Source: Chiloscyllium plagiosum
Lineage: Eukaryota
Direction of reading: 5' to 3'
Length of the DNA stretch: 20,000 nt
Assembly (NCBI RefSeq): GCF_004010195.1
Contig: NC_057718.1
Coordinates: forward strand, 14,442,330 to 14,462,329
In this document: positions 10,366-20,000 of the stretch, one piece after another
Position numbering within the stretch: position 1 is the first letter of the stretch
Layout: every line of letters begins with the position of its first letter
Position numbers and translations under genes: made by a program
The notes under the pieces: model-generated
What the model saw: only the letters and a program-made list of their open reading frames with translations
Told to the model about the DNA's origin: nothing
Database searches by the model: none

Positions 10366-11153
10366 TACAAAACCTTTTGTACCTCTGCAAAACCTCGCGA
10401 GTACATAACTTGTTGAAAACTATTTGACTGAGCCAACGTGAGGTTTATGTGATTGATTGCTATTTTGTTGCTGACAATTAAAGGTAGCTGAGACTAAGAA
10501 TCTGGCTGTTTGAAATGAACATGCCCTGAAGTTAATATCTTAAAATGGTAACTTGGTTGCACGATTAAGAATAGCTCCTCAAGTTTGAGTGGTCGGGTAC
10601 TAACTTGGTGAAACCCACCAATCCAAATACTCAGTATCTTTATTCTAGTTCATGTAAATGAACTGATTCGGATAAGAAACATCTGTTCCTAATTGGACAC
10701 ATACAAGAAAGCATGAAATGATGGACCATTCAGCCCAATCAAACTCATTCTCCTATCCCAGAATATGCGCAATCTATCATGGACTACATGCCCTTGTTTC
10801 CACAGAGAAAGTCAACTTAAATGCACCTTGATCTAAGAAGTTAAGGGTTCAGAAAGGGTGCTGCTGGTTTGTTGTGCATTTTAGAAATATTATTTACCTT
10901 AGTTTATTTACACTGCTTTAAAATAGTGCTACAATGTTTGGACTTACGCCTACAATTCAGCTTCGAAAGACAGGCTAACGCACAATTTTCTGATCAAGGT
11001 GATGATCAAAAATGAAGTCTAGGCCTTTCTTACAAGCTTCTCTGGTGGTCAGTTTACTTCAGTTCTGAGCCCACGCTCAGATTTCACCAATTGCACAAAG
11101 TGAGTTATCAGACAATTGAACACATCAACTGAACAACTGAAGACTGATGTTGT

Positions 11154-11440
11154 CATAGAATCCCTACAGAATGGAAGCAGGCCATTTGGCTCATCAAGTC
11201 TGCATCAACCCTTTTAAGAGCATCCCACTTCCCCACACCGCACCGCCCCCCCCCCATAACCCTATACTACCCACGGCCAATCCATCTAACCTGCCTGCAC
11301 ATATTTGAATGAGAGAGGAAACCGACACACACGCAGGGAGAATGTGCAAATTCCACACGCACACAGTCGCCTGAGAGTGGAATTGAACACAGGCCCCTGG
11401 GGCTGTGAGGCAGCAGTGCCAACCCCTGATCCACCTTGCC
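11154..11440 (-). mobile_element. HE1-type V-SINE, more decayed
   Basis: 'ggaattgaac', 'gctgtgaggcagcagtgc' and the tail are homologous to 8233-8547. Confidence 0.85.
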
Positions 11441-11687
11441 ATCTTATCTAGATGGTCAAGTTGATCTTCATGGAGGAGATCCATGAATTCATCAACACAA
11501 TCTGAAAGGCTTGGGTCCTTGAGGTTCCAGGTGTGGGATTGAGGGAATGGATTCTGGGGAGGGACTGAAGGTCCCCAGCAATCACATACATCATTACTAT
11601 GTCCTGGTGGTTGCTTCTCTATCTGTTGATCCACCAGCTTATTCAACCTGCTGCCTGTGATTAATGACTCCTGCAATGACAGCCCTG

Positions 11688-12275
11688 AATCACGGAACTA
11701 TATAGAACAGAAGAGGTCCTTTGGTCCATCAAGAATGCACTGACCAAAAGATCTACTGCAAATCTACACTAGCTCCACTCCCAGCACTTGGCTAACAGCT
11801 TTGAATGTTATGACACTTCAAGTACTCATCCATGTACTTTTTAAAGGTTGTGAGGTCTCCCACCTAAACTTCCCTCCCAGGCAGTGCATTGCAGACTCCT
11901 AACTCCCTCTGGGTGAAAAGGTTTCTCCCCAGATCCCTCCAAATCTCATGTCTTTCACTTTAAAATTATGCCCCACTGTTGTTATTGACCTTTCAACTAA
12001 GGAGTACAGCTGCTTTCTATCCACCCTGTCTATACATCCCCATCAGGTTCCCTCCCCACAGCCTTCTCTACTCAAAGGAAATCAGTCTGAGCCTATGCAG
12101 CCTCTCTCTATCGCTAAACCGCTCCAACCCTGGCAACATTCTGGTAAATCTCCTCTACACCTTTGCCAATGCTGTCATATCCATCCTGTGGTGTGGGGAA
12201 CCAGAACTCCACACAGTACTCCAGTTGTGGCCTAACCAAAGGTTGGTATAACTCCAACATCACCTCCCTGCTTCC
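11688..12275 (-). mobile_element. CR1 3' fragment
   Basis: 'ccctggcaacattctggtaaatctcctctacacc' and 'ccagaactccacacagtactccag' (LEYCVEFW on the minus strand). Confidence 0.85.
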
Positions 12276-12552
12276 CTGTTTGTTTAAAATTAGGCAAGTG
12301 TTTTATTATTACACAGGAATGTCCCACACAGGGGTGTGCTGGACAGGAGTCACAGAGTCACACAGCATGCAAACCGACCCTTCGGTCTAACTGGTCTACG
12401 CTGACCATAATCCCAAACTAAACTAGTCCCATTGACCAGCTCCTGGCCTATATCCCTCCAAGGTATTCTTATTCATGCACTTATCCAAATGTCTTTTTAA
12501 ATATTGTAACTGCGCCCACATCCATCACTCCCTCAGAAAGTTCATTCCACAC

Positions 12553-12690
12553 GGTAAAAACAAGGACTGCAGATGCTGGAAACCAGAGTCGCGATTAGTG
12601 TGGTGCTGGAAAAGCACAGCAGGTCAGGCAGCATCCGAGGAGCAGGAAAATTGACGTTTCGGGCAAAAGCCCTTCATCAGGAATAGAGGC
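12553..12690 (-). mobile_element. Family A-related terminal repeat with hammerhead
   Basis: Similar to 9505-9632; short 'cacac' repeat at 12548-12552 and 12690-12694. Confidence 0.8.
12649..12684 (-). ncRNA. Minimal hammerhead motif (stem I damaged, probably by CpG decay)
   Basis: Reverse complement: attc CTGATGA a GGGC tttt GCCC GAA ACGT C aatt. Confidence 0.6.
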
Positions 12691-13115
12691 ACACAGGAAC
12701 CACCCTCTGTGTAAACCATTTGCCTCTCATTCTTTTTTAGATCTCTCCTCCCACCTTAAAAATGTTCCCCAACCTTGAAATCCCCCCTCTGAAGGAAAAG
12801 ACAACTACCTTTAACTCAATTTATATCTCTCATTATTTTGTAAACTTTTATGCTCCAGTGAAAAAAGCTCCAGCCTATCCAGCCTTTCTTTGTAATTCAA
12901 ACTGTCCATACCTGGCAACATCCTGGTAAATCTCTTCTGAATCCTCTCTAGCTCAATTGTAATTGCATTCAGAAGAGAACGAGTGACAGGACTATGCCTT
13001 GTCCAAAAGTGTTACAAAATATGAAAGTTCCTAAAACATTGGCAGCCTTTCCTTGTTTTCAGGATTGGTATGTAGGTAGATGTGGGGTGTGGAATACTGG
13101 GCTCACCTTGCCAAG

Positions 13116-13444
13116 TTTAGATTAGATTTAGATTAGATTAGATTACTTACAGTGTGGAAACAGGCCCTTCGGCCCAACAAGTCCACACCGACCCGTCGAA
13201 GCGTAACCCACCCATACCCCTACATTTACCCCTTACCTAACACTACGGGCAATTTAGTATGGCCAATTCACCTGACCCTGCACATCTTTGGACTGTAGGA
13301 GGAAACCGGAGCACCCGGAGAAAACCCACGCAGACACGGGGAGAACGTGCAAACTCCACACAGTCAGTCACCTGAGGCGGGAATTGAACCCGGGTCTCTG
13401 GCGCTGCGAGGCAGCAGTGCTAACCACTGTACCACCGTGCCACC
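13116..13444 (-). mobile_element. HE1-type V-SINE, young, with (TTAGA)n tail
   Basis: A and B boxes, V-domain with CpGs retained, tail 'ttagattagatttagattagattagatt'. Confidence 0.92.
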
Positions 13445-13877
13445 CAGTTGTGTTCAGATTCCTACTGTGGGGTCTCTGGTGCAGAGTCGAGTTGTGAACT
13501 GATTTGATTTTATCACAAGGACAAGCTCCGAGAACGAGGCAAGTAGCAACAATGACTAGAACTGACTGAAATATATAATGACTTTGCTGCTTGTGTATTC
13601 CTGGATCCCTGAATACTTAATCGAATCACAAGTGCATATGCAGCCAATTCTATTCAACGTATTTCAATAACAGCTGGTGTGGGTCTAATTCTGCTGGCTA
13701 TTCATGGTATTGGGAAGATTTTTGTTTCCATGGTAACCAATGCAGATTTTGTTCTCTCTCTGAAAGAATTTCAAGGTTGCACCATTTACAGAGCTGCCCA
13801 GTATCTGTGTCTCTTCAGTTCGGGCCTCTTGTTGTCATCTGCTCTTTTCCCCATGTCATGTTCGCGATTCCCTGTGA

Positions 13878-14008
13878 AAGAAAGAAATGTGAACATTCAT
13901 TTCTATAGCATCCTTCACAACCTCAGGATGTCGCATAGCACCTTACAGACAATGAATCACTTTTGAAATGTTGTTATGTAGGAAACGCAGCGGCTAGTTC
14001 TTGCACAG
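13878..14008 (-). mobile_element. 3' tail of a DeuSINE-like element
   Basis: Resembles the reverse complement of ~16735-16860. Confidence 0.55.
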
Positions 14009-14009
14009 A

Positions 14010-14240
14010 ATCACAGAACAGTGAAAGTTCAGGAGGCTGTTCAGCCTATTGTGTCTGTACTAGCTCTTCAAATCAACATCATTACCTGGTGCTAATCTCC
14101 TCCTTCCCACCCACATCTTTGCTCACTATTTCTATCCAAATATCGTCCAATACCACTCTTGAATGCCTCAGTTGAACCTACCTCCAGCACATTTCCAGGC
14201 ATGTATTCCAGACTCAAACTACTTGCTGAGTGAAAAACAT
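14010..14240 (-). mobile_element. CR1 3' fragment (continues at ~14820-14960), split by Rex1
   Basis: SLSLEYMPGNVLEVGSTEAFKSGIGRYLD; the continuation gives LKKLGLFSLE. Confidence 0.7.
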
Positions 14241-14810
14241 TTGATCTGATTTTGATTTGATTTATTATTGTTGCATGTATCAAGATACAGCGAAAAATGT
14301 TGTATTGAGCACCATCCAGGCAAATCATACTTTACATAAGTACATCGGGTTAATAGAACAGAATGCAGAATGTAGTGTTACAGATACAGAGAAGGTGCAG
14401 AGAAAGATCAACTCTAGCATATGCGAGGTCTGTTCATAAGACTGATAACAACGGGAAAGAAGCTGTTATTGAATCTGTTGGTCTGTGTTTTCAAATGTTT
14501 GTATCTTCCGCCCAATGGAAGACGGTGGAAGAGAGAATAACCGGGCTGGGAGGGGTCTTTAATTATGTTGGTTGCTTTCCCAAGGCAGCCAGAAGTGTAG
14601 ACAGAATGAATGGAAGGAAGGCTGGTTTTTGTGATGGACAGGGCTGTGTTCACAACGCTCTGTCATTTCTAGTGGTCTGGGGCAGAGCAATTGCCATGCC
14701 ACGCTGTGGTGGGCCCGGATAGGATGCTTTCTATGGCACATCTACAAAAATTGGGAAGAGTCTTTATGGAAATGCTGAATATTTCTGAGGAAGTAGAGGT
14801 ATTGCTGTGT
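14240..14810 (-). mobile_element. Rex1/Babar-clade LINE 3' end
   Basis: KATNIIKDPSQPGYSLFHRLPLGGRYKHLKTQTNRFNNSFFPVVISLMN is typical of the Rex1 C-terminus; tail 'tttgatttgatttattatt'. Confidence 0.85.
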
Positions 14811-14974
14811 TTCGCTGCCTTTGCATGTCACTTTAAACCAGTGTCCTCCTGGTTCTTGTTCCCTCTATAACTGGGAACATGCTCTCCCTATCCAGCCTCC
14901 TCCTCATTTTGGAAAGCTCTACCAGATCTCTAGTGAGAATAGTCCTAACTTCTTCAAGCACCCTCCCAGAGACA

Positions 14975-15090
14975 GCAATATGATAACAGCCTGATAATTG
15001 TGTTGTACTGATTGTAGCTGAATGTTAAATATTGGGCAGTACTCTGCTGCTGTCCTTTCGAATATTGCCGTGGATTCTTTGCCCAGGTAG
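14975..15090 (-). mobile_element. DeuSINE-like core fragment
   Basis: 'aaatattgggcag...ctgctgtcctttcgaatattgccgtggattcttt' resembles the Deu domain in reverse. Confidence 0.5.
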
Positions 15091-15543
15091 GGCAGTCTGG
15101 AGAGTAAATGAAATCTCTGGATTGGACATGTCCCCATAACCTTCAAAGGTAACAATAGGCTTATACCAAGAAGCATCTTACAGGGGTCAGTCCCCCCCAT
15201 GGGGCGAAGGTCAGAGAACCCTCAGCATTGACCTGATTCTCTGCAGCTCTGCAGCTCTACAGAAAGGGTCACAGAACAGTTACAAATCATGTCCTTGTCC
15301 ATTCAGCTGAGCAGTGTAAAAGGTGCGAGGTACATTCACGAGGCATAATTATACGGGGGTGGCAGAAGTAAATTCAAACGAGTTGTTTGAAAATTAATTG
15401 TAAATGAAATGGATCAGGTTGTTATAACAAGAAGACAACCTTGCTGCAGGGACTGTAAATTGCATGGATTTACAGCCAGCTAACATTTCCGGCTAAAGCA
15501 TCAGGTCCATTCCCTCTTTTCCCTCGCCCAATGATTCTGTGTG

Positions 15544-15589
15544 TGCCTTTATTATGAGCTAAAGCTGACTTTAGCTCATAATAAAGGCA
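15544..15589. repeat. Perfect 21-bp inverted repeat with a 4-nt loop
   Basis: tgcctttattatgagctaaag CTGA ctttagctcataataaaggca. Confidence 0.95.
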
Positions 15590-15935
15590 AATTTAAAGGA
15601 AATTCTTTACTCAACAAAACCTCTTTATTGTTTTCCTGCTATAAAATGGGTTAAAAATGTGTTTCTGTCATTGCTGAATGTCTCAACACATTTTTGATAC
15701 ACTCAGTGCTGAATCAATGATTGGAGAGATGCCCAGGGGAAAGGGGGCCAGGTCATTCTGTTCCAACACACATTCAGATCAATTTCTGAATTTCATAAGT
15801 TCATTGAGGATCTGTTTATTTTGGAATGTTTTTATCAGGCTGCGATTGTCCCCAGAACGAGTGAGCTTCACCTACAGCTTCCAAAGTCAACAAAAGCAAG
15901 GCACAGTGCTCCCGCAGACAGTCTGCAAGGAAGAG

Positions 15936-16112
15936 GAAACTAAAGCACAAATTGTTGGAGAAACTCAGCAGGTCTGGCAGTATCTGTGGAGAGAAAACAA
16001 AGCTAACATTTTGAGTCCTGTGTGCCACCCCTTCAGAGCTGACCCTGTCAGACCTGCTTCAACATTCTCGGTGCTTGTTTCGTATTTCCAGCACCCACAG
16101 TTTGGTCTTCTT
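15936..16112 (-). mobile_element. Old family B terminal repeat with inverted duplication and decayed hammerhead (16001-16039)
   Basis: 'aaactcagcaggtctggcagtatctg' matches 1019-1046; 'cagacctgct..aacattctc..tgcttgtttc' is the inverted arm. Confidence 0.6.
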
Positions 16113-16309
16113 TAAGAAAGGAAGACGAAGTGGTGAGTGAGAACATTTACTTGCAATGCAGTTCAGCGCAGTGCGTGAAAACTATGTAATACTTGACTTC
16201 AGGAACTTAAAGCAACTATTGGTGAATTAAGTGAGTGCAGTGCCAGAGAAGCATAATCTCCTAGATCCCAATATTTGACAAAGAGTGAAGATCACCCAAT
16301 GGACTGATG

Positions 16310-16393
16310 TTTCCCATGGGAGGTGGAATTTGAATTCAATAACCAAAAATCTGGAACTAAGAGTCTAATGATGACCATGAAACCATTGTTGAC
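16310..16393 (+). mobile_element. SINE fragment, same family as 7505-7768
   Basis: Direct similarity within the window. Confidence 0.6.
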
Positions 16394-16399
16394 TGCCTA

Positions 16400-16530
16400 C
16401 CAGATATCCCAAACAAACCTAGTCCCATTTGCCAGCATTTGGCCCATGTCCCTCTAAACCCTTTCTATTCATGTACCCATCCAGATGCCTTTTGAATATT
16501 GTAATTGTACCAGCCTCCGCCACTTCCTTT
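16400..16530 (-). mobile_element. CR1 3' fragment
   Basis: 'ctagtcccatttgccagcatttggcccatgtccctctaaacc' matches 12420-12480. Confidence 0.8.
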
Positions 16531-16564
16531 CAATAAGGAAAGTGACCTTTGCTTTCCCTGGTCA

Positions 16565-16860
16565 GAGGGAATGCTGCGCTGTTGGTGGTGCTGATTTCTG
16601 GAAGAGACGTTAATCTCAAGCCCCATCTCCCTTCTCTGGTGGATGTAAAATATCCCCCGGCAATTTTCACGAAGGAACGCAGAAGCCACTACCCCAGCCC
16701 TCAGCAACACCAGAGTATCTGCAGGCAGGAGCTTGCTGTGTGCGAATTGATTCTTACATTTCCAATGTTTCAGGAACGACTACATTTCAGGAGGACTTCA
16801 TTTATTGTGATGTTCTGAGGCAGGGAAAATTGCAGAAATACAAAGTTCTCCCTCTTTCTA
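16565..16860 (+). mobile_element. DeuSINE (SacSINE1/AmnSINE-like) remnant
   Basis: 'gagggaatgctgcgctgttggtggtgc...gagacgttaa...ggtggatgtaaaatatccc' resembles the Deu domain as I recall it. Confidence 0.6.
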
Positions 16861-17812
16861 ATTCAACCCTCGTGTCTTGTCCATATATTCCTCATGGTTT
16901 GGAAGAGATCAGAGGGTTATGAAGCCAGTAATCATGGCTGGCCATATCCTCTTGCCCAGGAGTTTTACTGCCCATTGATAAAGCTAAAGGTCCTCAAGCA
17001 GGAGGCCACAATGCTTGAAATTTTTATGGTTTCCAAAGCTTTCCAGTTAAAGGTTTGGGTAGAGTGTACCTTTGTACATTCCCTGCAGCTCTTTCCTGTT
17101 TATAGTAGAGTTTTACTACCCTCTTTAATGATCTTTAAATAAGCTTCTGCTAAACCCAGGCACAGCATGACTGACATTCTATCCAGTCACCACTCACAGG
17201 GCTGGGATTTATATTGTCCCTTGAGATTTTTAATTATCCAAAGTTCTTGACTGAGTTACTTCAAGAAAATAAGGCAGTGCTTTGGAGGGAGGGGTCAGCC
17301 AGTGAATGAAAGGAGAGTTGAAGCTTTCATGCGGAATAGAGTGTTAGTTAGTCCTCGGTGTTTAGTTTGTCCAGTCCATCAGTAAGATAAATCAAACTTT
17401 ATAGCCATGGACGTGAGGATATGAAACAGATGGCTGTTGTACAATTGGTGGCTGCTAAACGCTTATAATGAATGTGGCTTGGACAATGTCAATCTGTATT
17501 CCTTTAGGGTGGGGAATGCACTGGCTGAACCTATTCCCCAAATATACCTGTGAGCCGCACCCTACTGGCTTGGATTGCATAACCGTCCCTCCACATTATA
17601 CACAGCGCTCCTGAACAAGCACACTCCTCTGTTTACAAAGTCAATGGCCGAGTTGCAGAATGAACTCAAGCTAAGCTGTACATGGGTGGGATTGGGCCAA
17701 AATGCCCCTGGGAAACACACCAGTTAATGGCCAAGTATTCCAAATGAGCACAACCCAATCTAAAAACCTGCAGATCTGCTGTGGTCTGTTCGCCGAGCTG
17801 GAAGTTTTTGTT

Positions 17813-17852
17813 GCAAACGTTTCGTCCCCTGGCTAGGCGACATCATCAGTGC
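17813..17852 (-). ncRNA. Minimal hammerhead ribozyme motif
   Basis: Reverse complement: gca CTGATGA t GTCgCCT agcc AGGgGAC GAA ACGT T tgc. Confidence 0.7.
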
Positions 17853-18233
17853 TTGGGAGCCTCCTTCGAAGCGCTTCTTTGATGTTTCCTCCGGTGTTTA
17901 TAGTGGTCTGTCCCTGCCGCTTCCGGTTGTCAGTTTCAGCTGTCCGCTGTAGTGGTTGGTATATTGGGTCCAGGTCAATGTGTTTGTTGATGGAGTTTGT
18001 GGATGAATGCCATGCCTCTAGGAATTCCCTGGCTGTTCTCTGTCTGGCTTGCCCTATGATAGTAGTGTTGTCCCAGTCGAATTCATGTTGCTTGTTGTCT
18101 GCGTGTGTGGCTACTAAGGATAGCTGGTCGTGTCGTTTCGTGGCTAGTTGATGTTCATGTACGCGGATTGTTAGCTGTCTTCCTGTTTGTCCTATATAGT
18201 GTTTACTGCAGTCCTTGCATGGTATTTTGTACA
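17833..18233 (-). pseudogene. GIY-YIG endonuclease domain of the PLE ORF; frame open to the stop codon, RT missing
   Basis: YKIPCKDCSKHYIGQTGRQLTIRVHEH..ATHA..HEFDW..REFLEAWH..IN: GIY/YIG motifs, CxxC and His zinc ligands, catalytic R, E and N. Confidence 0.9.
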
Positions 18234-18353
18234 ATGGACCCAATATACCAACCACTACAGCGGACAGCTGAAACTGACAACCAGAAGCGGCAGGGACAGA
18301 CCACTATAAAACCGGAGGAAACATCAAAGAAGCGCTTCGCAGGAGGCTCCCAA

Positions 18354-18392
18354 GCACTGATGATGTCGCCTAGCCAGGGGACGAAACATTTG
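18354..18392 (+). ncRNA. Minimal hammerhead motif, inverted copy (ACGT changed to ACAT)
   Basis: gca CTGATGA t GTCgCCT agcc AGGgGAC GAA ACAT T tg. Confidence 0.55.
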
Positions 18393-19289
18393 AAGTCAAC
18401 TAACTCACAAAGACTGGAGATAACATCTGCATACTGCTTTCTTCTGTCTGAGTTCCACACTGTACAATGTGCTGGCAAACCAATCTGACAAGTTGTTAGC
18501 ATTTGTTTATGGACTGTACAATTAATATTCCCCAATCAGCAGGGTAGTGAATTGTACATTCACTCAAGAACAGTACACAGAGATTAGCAGATTAAGTACA
18601 AGATGAGCCAAAGACTAAATATACAACAGAAAATGGAGAGTACATTAACAAATGCAATTTGACCTCTGTTGCATCTGATTGTTAACTTGAAAAGATTCTG
18701 CAGACTTTAGTGTCCAATGTGAAAAATTACTAAATAACTAAGGTTACAGAAAACAACTTTTGTAACTGCTACATTTGATTGTTTTCAAATTACAGACACA
18801 CCCTTTGGGGGAAGCCCATCCCCTCCTCAGCGGTCAACCATTGGAACAACTAATTGCTTCCTTTTCAATCTGCTCGTCTTCTCTTTGACATCAAGAGATC
18901 TGACAGTTCATGATGGGATTATTGGAGCTCTGCTATCTAATCAATTGACTCTTCAATCACATGGGTAGAGAGAAGCTTTTGCAGCTCATGTGAGGTATTT
19001 GTGCTTGCCAGTTGGTTTAAATTCATAGCAAGGCTTTTGCCTGCAAACCATGCAGTAATGAGATAAAAAATCTGACCTTATTGTGGAAGGCGAGCTCTCC
19101 CACTGGAAAAAGGTAGTTTGAGTATTCAGCCAAGGATCCATTACATAGGCGGATGGCTGTTGTGGTACAGAGATCATGTCCCTACCTCTAAACCAACAGG
19201 TTCAAGTCTCAGCTGCTCCAGTGGCATCTAATAACAAATCTGAACATGTTAATGAGGAGAACATTGCTCCAGTATGTCAGACATGCAAC

Positions 19290-19435
19290 TGTGTCAGAGG
19301 TAAATAGATTCTTGATCAGTAGAGGAGTCAAGGAATATGGGGAAAGGACAGGACAGCGGACATGAGGAATGTTGGATCACCCTTGATTCTATTCAATGGC
19401 AGCATCGGTTCAAAGCCCCAAATATCATCTTCCTG
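19290..19435 (+). mobile_element. Old CR1 3' end
   Basis: 'agaggtaaatagattcttgatcagtagaggagtcaaggaatatggggaaagg'. Confidence 0.7.
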
Positions 19436-19509
19436 TTTCGAAGTTAGAGGTACTGTCTTTAGAGACAAAATTAACTTGATGCCCTATCTTTCCTCTCAAT
19501 TTTAAAAAT

Positions 19510-20000
19510 TATTATTCACTCATGGGATGTTGGCATTGTGGACTGGGCCAGCATTTGGGGCACATCTCTCATTGTCCTTGAGAAGGGGTGTAAGCTGCCT
19601 CTTATAAGAACTGTTGCAGTTGTTGGGATGTAGGGACACTCTGCTGATAGGAAGGAGCTGCAAATTTTAACACAGTGACAGAGATACATTTCTAAGTCAG
19701 GATGATGCGTGACTTGGAGAGGAACTTACAGCCAGTGGCATTCCCAGCTACTGGCTGCTTAATCCTTGCAGATGGAAAAGATTGCAGATTTGTAAGGAAC
19801 TGCCAAGAAGTTGTTGTGAGTTAGTGCGGTGCACCTTATAGATGATACACACTGTTTCTTGAATGTTGTTGGAACTGCACCCATCCAGGCAAATCGGGAA
19901 TGTTCCATCACACTCCTGACTTGTGCCTTGTGGATAGTAGAAAGGTTTTAGGGAGTCGGGAGATGAGTTAATTCCTGCAGAATCCCAGCTTCTACCCGGC
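19510..20000 (-). mobile_element. Old non-LTR retrotransposon 3' region (CR1/L2 group)
   Basis: The reverse complement of ~19861-19945 translates LSTIHKAQVRSVMEHSRFAWMGAVPTT. Confidence 0.7.

Larger units (their letters stand above)
12347..12950 (-). mobile_element. CR1 3' fragment with a nested family A insertion
   Basis: Tail 'gagtcacagagtcacacagcatgcaaacc'; reverse-complement similarity to 1-451. Confidence 0.85.
17783..18392 (-). mobile_element. 5'-truncated Penelope-like element (family D) with an inverted 5' terminal repeat
   Basis: GIY-YIG ORF plus inverted arms 17814-17972 and 18235-18392 (4 differences). Confidence 0.92.

Noticed and set aside
13370..13444. tRNA gene
   Set aside because: The A and B boxes belong to the SINE head, which continues into the V-domain and a LINE-derived tail.
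17849..18535. ORFs 17849-18151, 18105-18488 and 18203-18535
   Set aside because: Antisense or inverted-arm shadows of the GIY-YIG ORF.
4520..20000. Terminal exon of the convergent neighbour SMYD3
   Set aside because: I found no minus-strand frame matching the SMYD3 C-terminus as I recall it; a tBLASTn search would be needed to exclude it.
1..20000. CRISPR array or prokaryotic operon
   Set aside because: No regularly spaced repeats; the sequence is vertebrate DNA with a spliced exon and interspersed repeats.

Overview
Vertebrate genomic DNA, almost certainly from a cartilaginous fish (a shark, inferred from HE1-type SINEs and the repeat content). The only host coding sequence I can support is the last exon of KIF26B (1339-1487, + strand), followed by a ~3 kb transposon-free 3'UTR ending near AATAAA 4489-4494. 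The rest is intronic or intergenic DNA dense with CR1, L2 and Rex1 LINE fragments, HE1/V-SINEs, DeuSINE-like pieces and Penelope-like element (PLE) remnants. The most notable signal is a set of very short hammerhead-ribozyme motifs (CTGAnGA-N-stem II-GAA-ACGT/AGCT-H) in four different PLE-type terminal repeat families, whose stems differ in sequence but still pair. Many of these insertions are fold-back inverted duplications, including a perfect 91-bp palindrome with a 14-bp target-site duplication and a GIY-YIG endonuclease ORF flanked by ~159-bp inverted arms. There is also an unexplained perfect 21-bp hairpin carrying AATAAA on both strands. Family names come from recall of consensus sequences, not from a database search, and repeat boundaries are approximate.
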